From: a virus
Taxonomy: Duplodnaviria > Caudoviricetes
Strand: one strand, 5' to 3'
IMG/VR virus record: IMGVR_UViG_3300033150_001155
Coordinates: 1-51,419 of that record
DNA length: 51,419 nt
The position numbers and the translations under genes were made by a program. The first letter of the stretch is position 1. Every line of letters starts with the position of its first letter. A model generated the notes under the pieces. The model saw only the letters and a list, made by a program, of their open reading frames with translations. It was not told the origin of the DNA and ran no database searches. Below are positions 8,460 through 16,554 of the stretch, one piece after another.

Positions 8460-9256
8460 TTGGCTTTTGCTATTTCCTCTCTCCGACGCCGAAGCATTTC
8501 TTTTCTTGCCAGACTATTGTCCTTCTCTATCCCCTTAGTTCCGCCTCTGTCCTGTTGACGGGATAGCCAATTGGTTATAAATCGCCGATATCTTTTTTTT
8601 CTTTTGTCTGGATTTGACATTAACCAGTCGGCCATCCGTAGGAGCTCAATTTCAATATTACATGCTGGATAAGTTTTCGCCCAAAGTTCTTTGTCTTTTT
8701 CTGTTATTCCTTCCCATCTCATAAACGAAGAACCAAAATTAAAATCAATGTCAGTTCGGCTTTTTTGAAGCTTATTTCTTTTTTTCGTCGGGTTCGTTGT
8801 TTTGCCATTAGTATTTTCTCTTTCTTTATCTATTTCTTTATCTTTATCTAGCGTGTTACTTTTATTACTTGTAGAGTTACAATTTTTACTGTAACTTTGG
8901 CAACTATCATCTCTATATTGTTTCTGCCTTTGGTATTCACTTTGATATTTTTTCCAATTAATGATGCGAATGACATTATTTTTATCAACTGATATTTTAT
9001 CAAAATTAATCATTTTCTCTTTTGCAAACAGATATTCCTTAATATCCATCCCCAATAATTCAGACATTGTGTGATCTGAATATCCGATGAATTCTCCAGA
9101 TTCATTCTTTCGGAGAAATATCAAACCTTCCTCATTTGAATCTCCTGCCATCAATAAAAGCCCGACAAATCCCCACCGCTGAGAAGCTGATAATTCTGAG
9201 ATCATCGTTCCTCTGAGGCATTGATCAACGTAGAGTTTTATCCAGTTGCGCTTCAT
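8456..9256 (-). CDS. Phage replication initiator / replisome organizer
   Basis: MKRNWIKL start; winged-helix-like N-terminus; IINWKKYQ; low-complexity linker; C-terminal RRFITNWLSR; directly upstream of dnaB. Confidence 0.8.
   Translation of the reverse strand: MKRNWIKLYVDQCLRGTMISELSASQRWGFVGLLLMAGDSNEEGLIFLRKNESGEFIGYSDHTMSELLGMDIKEYLFAKEKMINFDKISVDKNNVIRIINWKKYQSEYQRQKQYRDDSCQSYSKNCNSTSNKSNTLDKDKEIDKERENTNGKTTNPTKKRNKLQKSRTDIDFNFGSSFMRWEGITEKDKELWAKTYPACNIEIELLRMADWLMSNPDKRKKRYRRFITNWLSRQQDRGGTKGIEKDNSLARKEMLRRRREEIAKAK
8810..8905. other. Candidate replication origin inside the initiator gene
   Basis: Clustered GTTAC/GTAAC/TTAC motifs next to a strand-biased AT-rich tract with TTTATC repeats. 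Confidence 0.45.
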
Positions 9257-9386
9257 CGTTCCCCCAAAAATTGAAAAAGCCTCTCGACTCGCCTTTGGAT
9301 GAGCCACCTTGTCCGGATGGACGGGAGACAGACGAAGCCGAGAGGCTTATTTTTTTGCGTTTTCATTACGGTAGCTCATCATTTAC

Positions 9387-9415
9387 ATTATACACAATGT
9401 GAGAAAAAAATAAAA
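9387..9415 (-). promoter_or_regulatory. Sigma70-like promoter for the replication operon
   Basis: Perfect TATAAT (9392-9387) with a weak T-rich -35 in an intergenic gap. Confidence 0.55.
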
Positions 9416-9431
9416 GCAAAAATTTAATTAA

Positions 9432-10382
9432 TTATATCTTCTCTATTGAAGTTCTGAAATACGTGGAAATCTCAACATATTGATCTTTGACCTCTTTCGG
9501 CACCTTGTAATTCTTCCTCTCATACTCTTTGCTCTCAATCTTGTAATCGCCGATGATTACGTTCTTCCCACGGAATGCCTCTTTGATTTCCTTGTCAAGC
9601 TCTTCAAATTCGTTCTTCTTCGGCCAGAGCTCCATCCAGCGATCAAGTTTAGCCTCAATCTCTGCGTCCTCCATCAGATCAAATCCGGGCCCGAAATCCT
9701 GACCGACAAAACAAGCAGTCCGGGCAAAAGGACACCTCTTGCAAGCCTCGACCCGTTTCGGAGGAGGCGGATCGTTTTCGTCCACCATCCGATTCACTTG
9801 TTCAAGTCCCTTGAGGATCCGCTCCGTATAGTCATAGTCAAGAACAGTGTTGATTTGATGCTTCTTCCCAGTAGATTTATCCTTGAAAAGAATAATCCCT
9901 TTTTCCTCATCAGCCATAATCAGATAAAGCATGACTTGAGCCGGATAGTGCCGAACCCAGATATATTTTGACGACAGCAAATCTGCGCTGGTTTGATACG
10001 TTGATATGACGCGAAAGACATTTGGAGAACACGATTTAAGCTCAATCGCTATTTCGCCGTCCGAGGTCACGATCCGACCGTCAATATGGCCTGTGAGATT
10101 GAATTTCTTCCATTTGAGAGGCCAATCAACCTTGACTATCCTCAAACCGGCGTCTTCAATCTCGCGCCTGAGGAGAAACTCCTGCCTCCGCCCTTCGTCG
10201 AATATCCGTTGAAGGCTGATATCAACACGCTCTTTGAGTTCAGGATGGAGACGGGAAAGGACAAGATAGCGGAGGCAATCATCGACCCATCCAGCCTCAG
10301 ATGCGCGGTTTGTCGCCCGATGACCTGATTGCCTAATATTTTTCTCCGTCTGTTCGTCCAGAGTTTTCACAAGGTCTATCAT
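9432..10382 (-). CDS. Cas4-like PD-(D/E)XK exonuclease with probable Fe-S cluster
   Basis: ASEAG..C.R, TGHIDG, IELKS, QVMLY and C-terminal CKRCPFARTAC (1+3 Cys); start refined to MIDLVK. Confidence 0.8.
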   Translation of the reverse strand: MIDLVKTLDEQTEKNIRQSGHRATNRASEAGWVDDCLRYLVLSRLHPELKERVDISLQRIFDEGRRQEFLLRREIEDAGLRIVKVDWPLKWKKFNLTGHIDGRIVTSDGEIAIELKSCSPNVFRVISTYQTSADLLSSKYIWVRHYPAQVMLYLIMADEEKGIILFKDKSTGKKHQINTVLDYDYTERILKGLEQVNRMVDENDPPPPKRVEACKRCPFARTACFVGQDFGPGFDLMEDAEIEAKLDRWMELWPKKNEFEELDKEIKEAFRGKNVIIGDYKIESKEYERKNYKVPKEVKDQYVEISTYFRTSIEKI

Positions 10383-11269
10383 CCCGCACCTCCAAAGGCA
10401 GCTTCGTAGTCCGTCTTGACCCGCTTGTGGACGATGGCAATCCACTTTTCATTTCTCATCCCCTCTACGGTTTCAGCCCAAACTTCCTTTCCATCTTTGG
10501 CCGTAAATGCCGAATATTTCTTCAAAGCACCCTTGGCATCTTCTTCGTTTCCGGCTGTCATTTCAATAAGCATTTTCCAAATCTCATCACGTTTCTTGAC
10601 GGCCTCTTGAGGAAGTGTCGCCTCGGCTTTTTTTACACCTTTCTTGTACTCAAATGATGGGATCTTCGAAACATCAATCCCCGCTTCTTTCAGATCCTCA
10701 ATCGTTATCCCGGATATTCCGGCCATCTTCTTGATTAGCCTATTGTTGAGATTCGTCTGCGCCTTCTTCCGGATCATTGTTTTATCCACGCTCTCAAGTG
10801 GCTTAAGCTCTTTCCCGACCATGCCGAAAAACTTATCCCGCTGAGAGCACGTCCCTTCATCCTCAATCACGCGGTTCAGCTTTTTCGAATACGCCATGCC
10901 CTTCACGATGAAGATGTAATATTTCCCTTTGGGATCCTCCTGCCATTCCTCGCTTGTCTCTTTCCCAGAGATATCAATCCCCCATAGGTTCGCGATTTTC
11001 TGCGCTCCGGATTCCATAAGGTACGGCGTCCCGTCTTGGAGAACCCAGTCGGCAGGCTTTGTCATTTTCAGGCTGATCTGAGAAATACGCGAATATATTT
11101 CAACAGCCTTCTCTGCCCGGGCGATCGCCTCCTCAACCGTGACAAGAGAATCCTCCCGTGCTTCCCCAGTCGTCATGAGTTTTTCCTCGCCATTCATATC
11201 TGGCATTTCCTTTTCCTCCACAAGAACCGAATGGTCTTGTGCCTGTTTTGGATTTTTTTGTTGTGTCAT
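10379..11269 (-). CDS. Putative single-strand annealing/recombination protein
   Basis: Lies directly upstream of the exonuclease; PYLMESGAQKIA and KKAQTN segments resemble phage annealing proteins. Confidence 0.45.
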   Translation of the reverse strand: MTQQKNPKQAQDHSVLVEEKEMPDMNGEEKLMTTGEAREDSLVTVEEAIARAEKAVEIYSRISQISLKMTKPADWVLQDGTPYLMESGAQKIANLWGIDISGKETSEEWQEDPKGKYYIFIVKGMAYSKKLNRVIEDEGTCSQRDKFFGMVGKELKPLESVDKTMIRKKAQTNLNNRLIKKMAGISGITIEDLKEAGIDVSKIPSFEYKKGVKKAEATLPQEAVKKRDEIWKMLIEMTAGNEEDAKGALKKYSAFTAKDGKEVWAETVEGMRNEKWIAIVHKRVKTDYEAAFGGAG

Positions 11270-11442
11270 TCATCCTCCCTTTTAATTCCGAGTTTTTTCT
11301 CTATCTCTTCAAGCCTTCTCGCCATGGTAATCCGGCCTTGGTAGATATCTTTCCAATATTGCCGTTGGTGTTTTCGGCAACAAAATTTCTGCCACGGCCT
11401 GGATTGCTTGAATTCTTTCCCGCAATATCTGCATTTCCCCAT
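11266..11442 (-). CDS. Small zinc-finger protein (CRYCGKEF...QKFCCRKH)
   Basis: Manual translation, 58 aa; AGGAG SD; ATGA overlap downstream. Confidence 0.65.
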   Translation of the reverse strand: MGKCRYCGKEFKQSRPWQKFCCRKHQRQYWKDIYQGRITMARRLEEIEKKLGIKREDE

Positions 11443-11525
11443 CACTACTCCTGAATTATATTATGTATAGATGCATCCACGCATTTAATATGGCAAATAT
11501 AAAAGCGAATGAACCCCATTGTGTA

Positions 11526-11732
11526 TTATTCAGAAAAAAACATCCGTCCTGTGCTTCTCTTGTCCTTTTCAGATGAGATGAAATTCTCAACAATTTTCCT
11601 CATCAACTGGCTTCGGTTCAGCCCTGCAGATAATGCGATCTTATTCAGCCGTTCAGCACTCTGATGAGGCACAAGGAAATTGATCCAAGTCCCATTCTTT
11701 AAAAGATTTGTTTTTGGCCCTCTCTTTTTCAT
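11526..11732 (-). CDS. Ribbon-helix-helix (CopG/Arc-like) regulator
   Basis: WINFLVP strand followed by helices ERLNKIALSAG and NRSQLMRKIVENFI; GAGG SD; first gene of the leftward operon. Confidence 0.7.
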   Translation of the reverse strand: MKKRGPKTNLLKNGTWINFLVPHQSAERLNKIALSAGLNRSQLMRKIVENFISSEKDKRSTGRMFFSE

Positions 11733-11748
11733 GTTAACCTCTGCACAT

Positions 11749-11777
11749 ATTATACAATAATTCTCAATAAAAATAAA
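11749..11777 (-). promoter_or_regulatory. Leftward sigma70-like promoter
   Basis: TTTATT-17 nt-TATAAT just upstream of the RHH gene, in an AT-rich context. Confidence 0.55.
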
Positions 11778-11970
11778 GAAAAAAAATAAATTTATTTCTT
11801 CGGGTGGCCAAAAAATCAGCCCTTTTTTGTTCATTTTTAACCGCCTTTGTAACTCTTTTATTATCAGCTATCTACAAAGCCTTTTTTCAGCGAAAATAAC
11901 CAATTGGAGAAAATAAAGACGAAAAATAGCCACCATAACCCCTTTGTTTACAGTAACTTATAATTAACTC

Positions 11971-11999
11971 TTGACAACTATTATTAAATAGATTATTCT
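11971..11999 (+). promoter_or_regulatory. Rightward early sigma70 promoter
   Basis: TTGACA-17 nt-TATTCT upstream of the plus-strand operon. Confidence 0.7.
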
Positions 12000-12257
12000 G
12001 TTAATAGAATGAGACAACAAAACGGGAGAGCACAAACAAAGGCCATCGTTGCTTTTGTCACCCAGTTGATTCCGTCTCTATCGTTGAGAAGATGTTCGAT
12101 CATTAGCCTTTCCCGTCAAATCACCAGCGGATTAGGGGAAGTCGGCGTAGATTCGATAACCCCCAAACTCGGATAGGTTATCCGGGGCTGGCCCGTTCGG
12201 CACAAGAAGTTATTTCGCCACAAATAAACATCTGAAAAATAAACATAGGAGGAAAGA

Positions 12258-12449
12258 ATGAAAAATTCAGATTGTTTGCATGAAACATGGGATCGAGCAC
12301 GGGAAGAGCTTGACGAAAAACACTTCCATGGTTTTCTATGTCGGGTATATGGGACATTCGAAGCGTTATCCGATCACCTTGAGCCGTGGCTTCAGGACAT
12401 AATTAGATCCTGTTTCAATGATGAGCTTTCCCTACAGAAGAGAGGGTAA
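12258..12449 (+). CDS. Early hypothetical protein
   Basis: AGGAGG SD; 63 aa. Confidence 0.7.
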   Translation: MKNSDCLHETWDRAREELDEKHFHGFLCRVYGTFEALSDHLEPWLQDIIRSCFNDELSLQKRG

Positions 12450-12592
12450 TGATGAGGCGATGTAATATTTGCGGGCTCTATTTTTTCGAAGATGAAATCA
12501 TGCTTGATTGGGAGATCGGTTTCATCTGCAAAAAATGCTTTGATGCTCATGTCAAGAACAAGAAAGGAGGAAGGGAAACGAAATCTGTTTAA
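12449..12592 (+). CDS. Small zinc-finger protein (CNIC...CKKC, 47 aa)
   Basis: Manual translation; TAATG coupling to the previous gene. Confidence 0.6.
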   Translation: MMRRCNICGLYFFEDEIMLDWEIGFICKKCFDAHVKNKKGGRETKSV

Positions 12593-12843
12593 GCGGAGAC
12601 TGGACGCGCCAAGCGATGAGCCAAGTATGCTAATTCCTGATAATAATATATCGGGGCGGAGACCTGAGAGATCAGTACCGATGAAAAAAGCAGAATAAGG
12701 CAAATCTCGCCGGAGCGGAAACGGTATCGTAGGCTGGCGTTTTCAGTGCCAGTACCAGAGAGTAGCCGACAACGATCCAGATAATGAGCTTAAATCATGA
12801 TGGAAACCTTCCTCCATTAAACATTTTAAATAAGGAGGGCAGA

Positions 12844-13059
12844 ATGATTTATTACGCGTGTGCCGAAAACGGCAAGGGCAAGATTGAGCAACTTAAGATT
12901 GTTCGGGAAAAAGGGAAACAAGTAAGTCAGGTCTGGACAGGCAAGATTTACTCAAACATGGCAGAGGCCGAAAAGGACTTAGGGAGACTCAACAGCAATC
13001 TCGCCAAGTCGCCAAAGCAGATCAGAGAAATGTTGAATAAAGAAAAGGAGGGAAAATGA
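12844..13059 (+). CDS. Early hypothetical protein
   Basis: AAGGAGG SD before MIYYAC. Confidence 0.65.
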   Translation: MIYYACAENGKGKIEQLKIVREKGKQVSQVWTGKIYSNMAEAEKDLGRLNSNLAKSPKQIREMLNKEKEGK

Positions 13060-13271
13060 CCGCAAAGGATTATAGAAGGCAATGGGAGAGGTTTTTACGA
13101 CGCACGTTCGGACGCAAATGGCACGGAGTAGACGTATCGTCATTACTCGGTAAGCTTCGTCCGATGCGCTTCTCGCGTGGACAAATGAAAACATCTTGTT
13201 CGGCCTACCAATATGCGCAGAAGCACTTCCCGACCCTTCTCAGAAAATTCGAAGAGGAGATTAATCAATGA
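13056..13271 (+). CDS. Early hypothetical protein
   Basis: AAGGAGG SD; ATGA overlap. Confidence 0.6.
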   Translation: MTAKDYRRQWERFLRRTFGRKWHGVDVSSLLGKLRPMRFSRGQMKTSCSAYQYAQKHFPTLLRKFEEEINQ

Positions 13272-13408
13272 GAGAAAATCAAAAAAATAAGAAAGAATCT
13301 TGGACAATTGATCTACGTGAAAAACAAACACTCAAAAGGCAATTGGCGACACGGATGCAAAAACGGCAGGAACGAATTGAGCTTCTCAGAAAGGAATACA
13401 TGAAATGA
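13268..13408 (+). CDS. Small basic hypothetical protein (46 aa)
   Basis: Manual translation; ATGA overlaps at both ends. Confidence 0.5.
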   Translation: MRENQKNKKESWTIDLREKQTLKRQLATRMQKRQERIELLRKEYMK

Positions 13409-13695
13409 GAGAAATCACTTTCCCTAATCTCAGGCAACTTGTTGCGTTCTGTATCTATATGGAGAATGATGACGGGATCATTGGTAAACACCCAGACTAT
13501 TTGTTTGAAAAATTTTCTACTACAATCAATGACAAATTCCCCGAACGATCTCTTGATTCCTTAAATATGGCAAAATTCAAAGCCTATGCAGAAAAGTGGG
13601 GGCTTACGTGGGATTCGGAAAAAGAATATTGGGAATATCCGATATCAACACCGATTGATCCAGTAACCGGGGAATTTCAACCAAAGAAAGATTAA
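13405..13695 (+). CDS. Early hypothetical protein
   Basis: 96-aa ORF, translationally coupled. Confidence 0.7.
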   Translation: MREITFPNLRQLVAFCIYMENDDGIIGKHPDYLFEKFSTTINDKFPERSLDSLNMAKFKAYAEKWGLTWDSEKEYWEYPISTPIDPVTGEFQPKKD

Positions 13696-13704
13696 GGAGG
13701 GAAA

Positions 13705-13887
13705 ATGTCTGACAAACTCAAACAGAAAATTGCCGAGATTCTTGAATCATTCCTCACATCACCAGAGATCGGATACGCGGAAACAACAGAGTGGATTCTG
13801 GAAGAGGTTGAAAAAGCATTGAATGAAAACGGCCAGGATATGCGATTCCTCAATCTCGGCGAGCTTGAGTATTACTCAAGTTTTTGA
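13705..13887 (+). CDS. Acidic small hypothetical protein
   Basis: AAGGAGG SD; 60 aa. Confidence 0.65.
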   Translation: MSDKLKQKIAEILESFLTSPEIGYAETTEWILEEVEKALNENGQDMRFLNLGELEYYSSF

Positions 13888-13907
13888 TTGATTTCTGTTC
13901 TCCTGAC

Positions 13908-13945
13908 AAGGGAGTCAGTCCTAACGGATTGGCTCCCTTTTTTTT
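13908..13945 (+). terminator. Rho-independent terminator between convergent early and late operons
   Basis: Hairpin AAGGGAGTCAGTCC-TAAC-GGATTGGCTCCCTT followed by a T run. Confidence 0.85.
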
Positions 13946-13960
13946 GTCTATTTTTCAGGA

Positions 13961-15403
13961 TCAGAATAATTCATCCCTCATAATTCGGGCACCTACCCAA
14001 TCAAGCTGATCAAATGATGTGTGTTTCCAAAACCCATCATTTCTTTCGTATCCTACATGCCCATGAGCCTTAATCTCCCTGCATAATTGGCTTAATTTTT
14101 CATCATTTGGTTCCCAAACATAACCATCGCCGGAAAAAAGACAGGGAACATCGGGGGCTTCATCAGTCATGCTTTTCCAATATCTCTCAATAGTATCAAC
14201 ACCATGAATCGATGGGATATAATGATTCCAGATTGAAGCCTTTTCCCGATAGAAATCAGCAAATAGAAGAGATGAAACAAGTCGGTTTCGGGGAATAGTT
14301 TTATATATATTTTTCCTTCGCCAGTCATGATATCCGATCGTTCCGTCAACCTCATTATGGCCGATCATGAAAAAGTCTCCAATCTCTTTTCTGATCTCTG
14401 AAATGAGCCGGGTTTCGGTCTCAGCATAATATTCTTGTGTAGCCCGACACTGCATCATGTCTTCAACCTGTTCATCACTCATCATGTCTTCTGTCATCTC
14501 GGCCTCAAGTGCACTCCGTTCTTCCTCCGACATGGACTCCCAGGCTTCCTCGCCTACTTTTTCTATGGCGAGGGTCTCTCGCCAGGACGGGCCGAAATAC
14601 GACCATTCGTAAAAATGTGTATATACCCGGCTATCAGTATGTGTCCGCAATCCGTTATATCCGTCATTGTTCTCTCGGTAGAGCCAATGCCACCGCCACG
14701 GGTCTGGCATGTGATAATGGCTATTATTTGCAAAATCAATACAAGGAACGATTTCGGCCTCCCGGATATAGGCGATCCTCCGCAAAACTTGATCTTTCCA
14801 TACCGGATCCCAATCGTGGAGATTATATTTTCCGTTGATTTTTGGGTGCATGAAGAAGATGACTTTTGATGTGACCTCCGCCGGCCTCCATATCCCCCAC
14901 GGATCAAACCGGAGCACATTCGCTAAATTCTCATCGGCAATCTTCCGTATGAATCCCTTGAAATCATCCTCTGTAAATTCGCTCTTATTAATTATGATGT
15001 CTGGGATGTAGAATGGAGAACAGATTATGCCTGAATTAAAATATCGATAAGCCTCTTTTATCTTCCCTGGCTTGTCATCGGGAATTTCCTCAATATCTTT
15101 CGGATCAATCCAGAAAGGTTGAATATGTTCTCCCGTATCTACTGTCGCTTGGAGGTATCCGTCTTTTTCGCTGAGAAACAAATCAATTGATTTTGCATAG
15201 GGGAAAACAGAGTCGGAGAGTGCCGTCCCGTCTGTCCAAATTGTCTCCCCATCCTTCCAATACCGCACGAAATATATCAGTTCTCCATACTCCGTAAGCC
15301 CGACCGCAATCCAAATCTCACCACGCCGATATTCAACTATTTTGTAATCCCTGAATTTCTTTCCGAACCCAAATGCCGTCCCCTTATTCCAATAGGCCAT
15401 CAC
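13961..15403 (-). CDS. Putative glycoside-hydrolase-like (clan GH-A TIM-barrel) protein
   Basis: NVLRFDPW...YNLHDWDPVWKDQV...IVPCIDF and IGHNE resemble GH5/apiosidase-type barrels. Confidence 0.45.
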   Translation of the reverse strand: MMAYWNKGTAFGFGKKFRDYKIVEYRRGEIWIAVGLTEYGELIYFVRYWKDGETIWTDGTALSDSVFPYAKSIDLFLSEKDGYLQATVDTGEHIQPFWIDPKDIEEIPDDKPGKIKEAYRYFNSGIICSPFYIPDIIINKSEFTEDDFKGFIRKIADENLANVLRFDPWGIWRPAEVTSKVIFFMHPKINGKYNLHDWDPVWKDQVLRRIAYIREAEIVPCIDFANNSHYHMPDPWRWHWLYRENNDGYNGLRTHTDSRVYTHFYEWSYFGPSWRETLAIEKVGEEAWESMSEEERSALEAEMTEDMMSDEQVEDMMQCRATQEYYAETETRLISEIRKEIGDFFMIGHNEVDGTIGYHDWRRKNIYKTIPRNRLVSSLLFADFYREKASIWNHYIPSIHGVDTIERYWKSMTDEAPDVPCLFSGDGYVWEPNDEKLSQLCREIKAHGHVGYERNDGFWKHTSFDQLDWVGARIMRDELF

Positions 15404-16554
15404 AAAGGCTCCTTCCCCATGTATTTTGAAACATCCTTTATCGTATCCTCTAGGCTCACGTTATAGCCACCCCACCAATCGACACAAAAACCAGCCCCAG
15501 CAGCTTCATAAATAGCCTTGAGCACAAGTTGTTGTTTGAATCTTGGTTTTTTCGCACCGATGTATAGCTCATTTGGAATGACGGGCTTCTTTTTGTGTAA
15601 GTCCTCAATCTCTCTTGTCCAATAATGAGGATCAGCGGTTCCGCCTTTATGAAAAGTTATGACATCATTATCTCCAGTTATGACATTGTAATCCTCTGAG
15701 TAATCCATGATTGTAGAGATGATAGAATTCGGTTTGTATTTTCGTATTTCATGGATGACCTTGTTTCGATTGTGTCGTTCACCTGTCATACGTTCATTAT
15801 CGCACTCAATGATCACGAAATCTTTGGCTTTGGAGTGGTCAACAATAGTGAGCACATCCTTTATCCATCGCTTCCAGTTGCTGTCAATCATGCCGTGATA
15901 ATCATTCGGGAATGTTCGTTTTGCCCAGTTGTTGAAAAGACATAGCTCAGTCACAATGCCAGCGTCATAAAGAGCATTAAGAACTTCACCAAGAAATTCA
16001 AAATAGCCTGGTTCTGTCGGTGAATAAACCGTTGGATCATCCCATGACTCAAGCCATATTCTCACATAGTTAGCGTGACCCCCAAGCTGTTGGATTCTGG
16101 ATAAATAATCTTTTCGCAACCTCGCCCCGATACTTAACCCAGCCAAAAACGTCCGCTTGCCCCCAATCTTGAAATAATGCTTTTCAACCTCAAGCCTTTT
16201 CAAGACGGGGGCTTCAGCTTTTTTTGCTAGGAAGTTTTGACCAGCTAAATGATCTGTGACATTCTCATATGACTTGAACGGATCGTCCGGGAAAGTCCAA
16301 CCATCCTTCCGGGGGATGATTCGTCCCGTCCAGCCATAAGGAACAGAGTAATTGAAAAAACCGCCGTCTTTCGTTCCAGCATATCCGCTTGACCCATCCG
16401 ATTCATAATTCGTGAATTCTAGCGTTACCCCGTCAAGTCCCCCACCATCATCATCATTATAAACAAGACCGCTAATGATTGGCCATGTCTCTTCATTTCC
16501 ACATTCAGCTAAAATCTGCTGAGCTAAAGATCTGATTTTTTGTATGTCCGCCAT
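15400..16554 (-). CDS. Beta-sandwich domain + GH5-like glycoside hydrolase domain protein
   Basis: ISGLVY..GLDGVTLEF..VPYGWTGRIIP domain; NYVRIWL, IIECDNE (candidate acid/base Glu), KKPVIPNE (candidate nucleophile Glu). Confidence 0.6.
   Translation of the reverse strand: MADIQKIRSLAQQILAECGNEETWPIISGLVYNDDDGGGLDGVTLEFTNYESDGSSGYAGTKDGGFFNYSVPYGWTGRIIPRKDGWTFPDDPFKSYENVTDHLAGQNFLAKKAEAPVLKRLEVEKHYFKIGGKRTFLAGLSIGARLRKDYLSRIQQLGGHANYVRIWLESWDDPTVYSPTEPGYFEFLGEVLNALYDAGIVTELCLFNNWAKRTFPNDYHGMIDSNWKRWIKDVLTIVDHSKAKDFVIIECDNERMTGERHNRNKVIHEIRKYKPNSIISTIMDYSEDYNVITGDNDVITFHKGGTADPHYWTREIEDLHKKKPVIPNELYIGAKKPRFKQQLVLKAIYEAAGAGFCVDWWGGYNVSLEDTIKDVSKYMGKEPL

Noticed and set aside
9432-10382. Cas4-like gene as evidence of a CRISPR-Cas locus
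   Set aside because: No repeat-spacer array or other cas genes seen; the context is a recombination module.
12130-12200. tRNA-like TTCGA segment in the early leader
   Set aside because: No cloverleaf or acceptor stem could be built.
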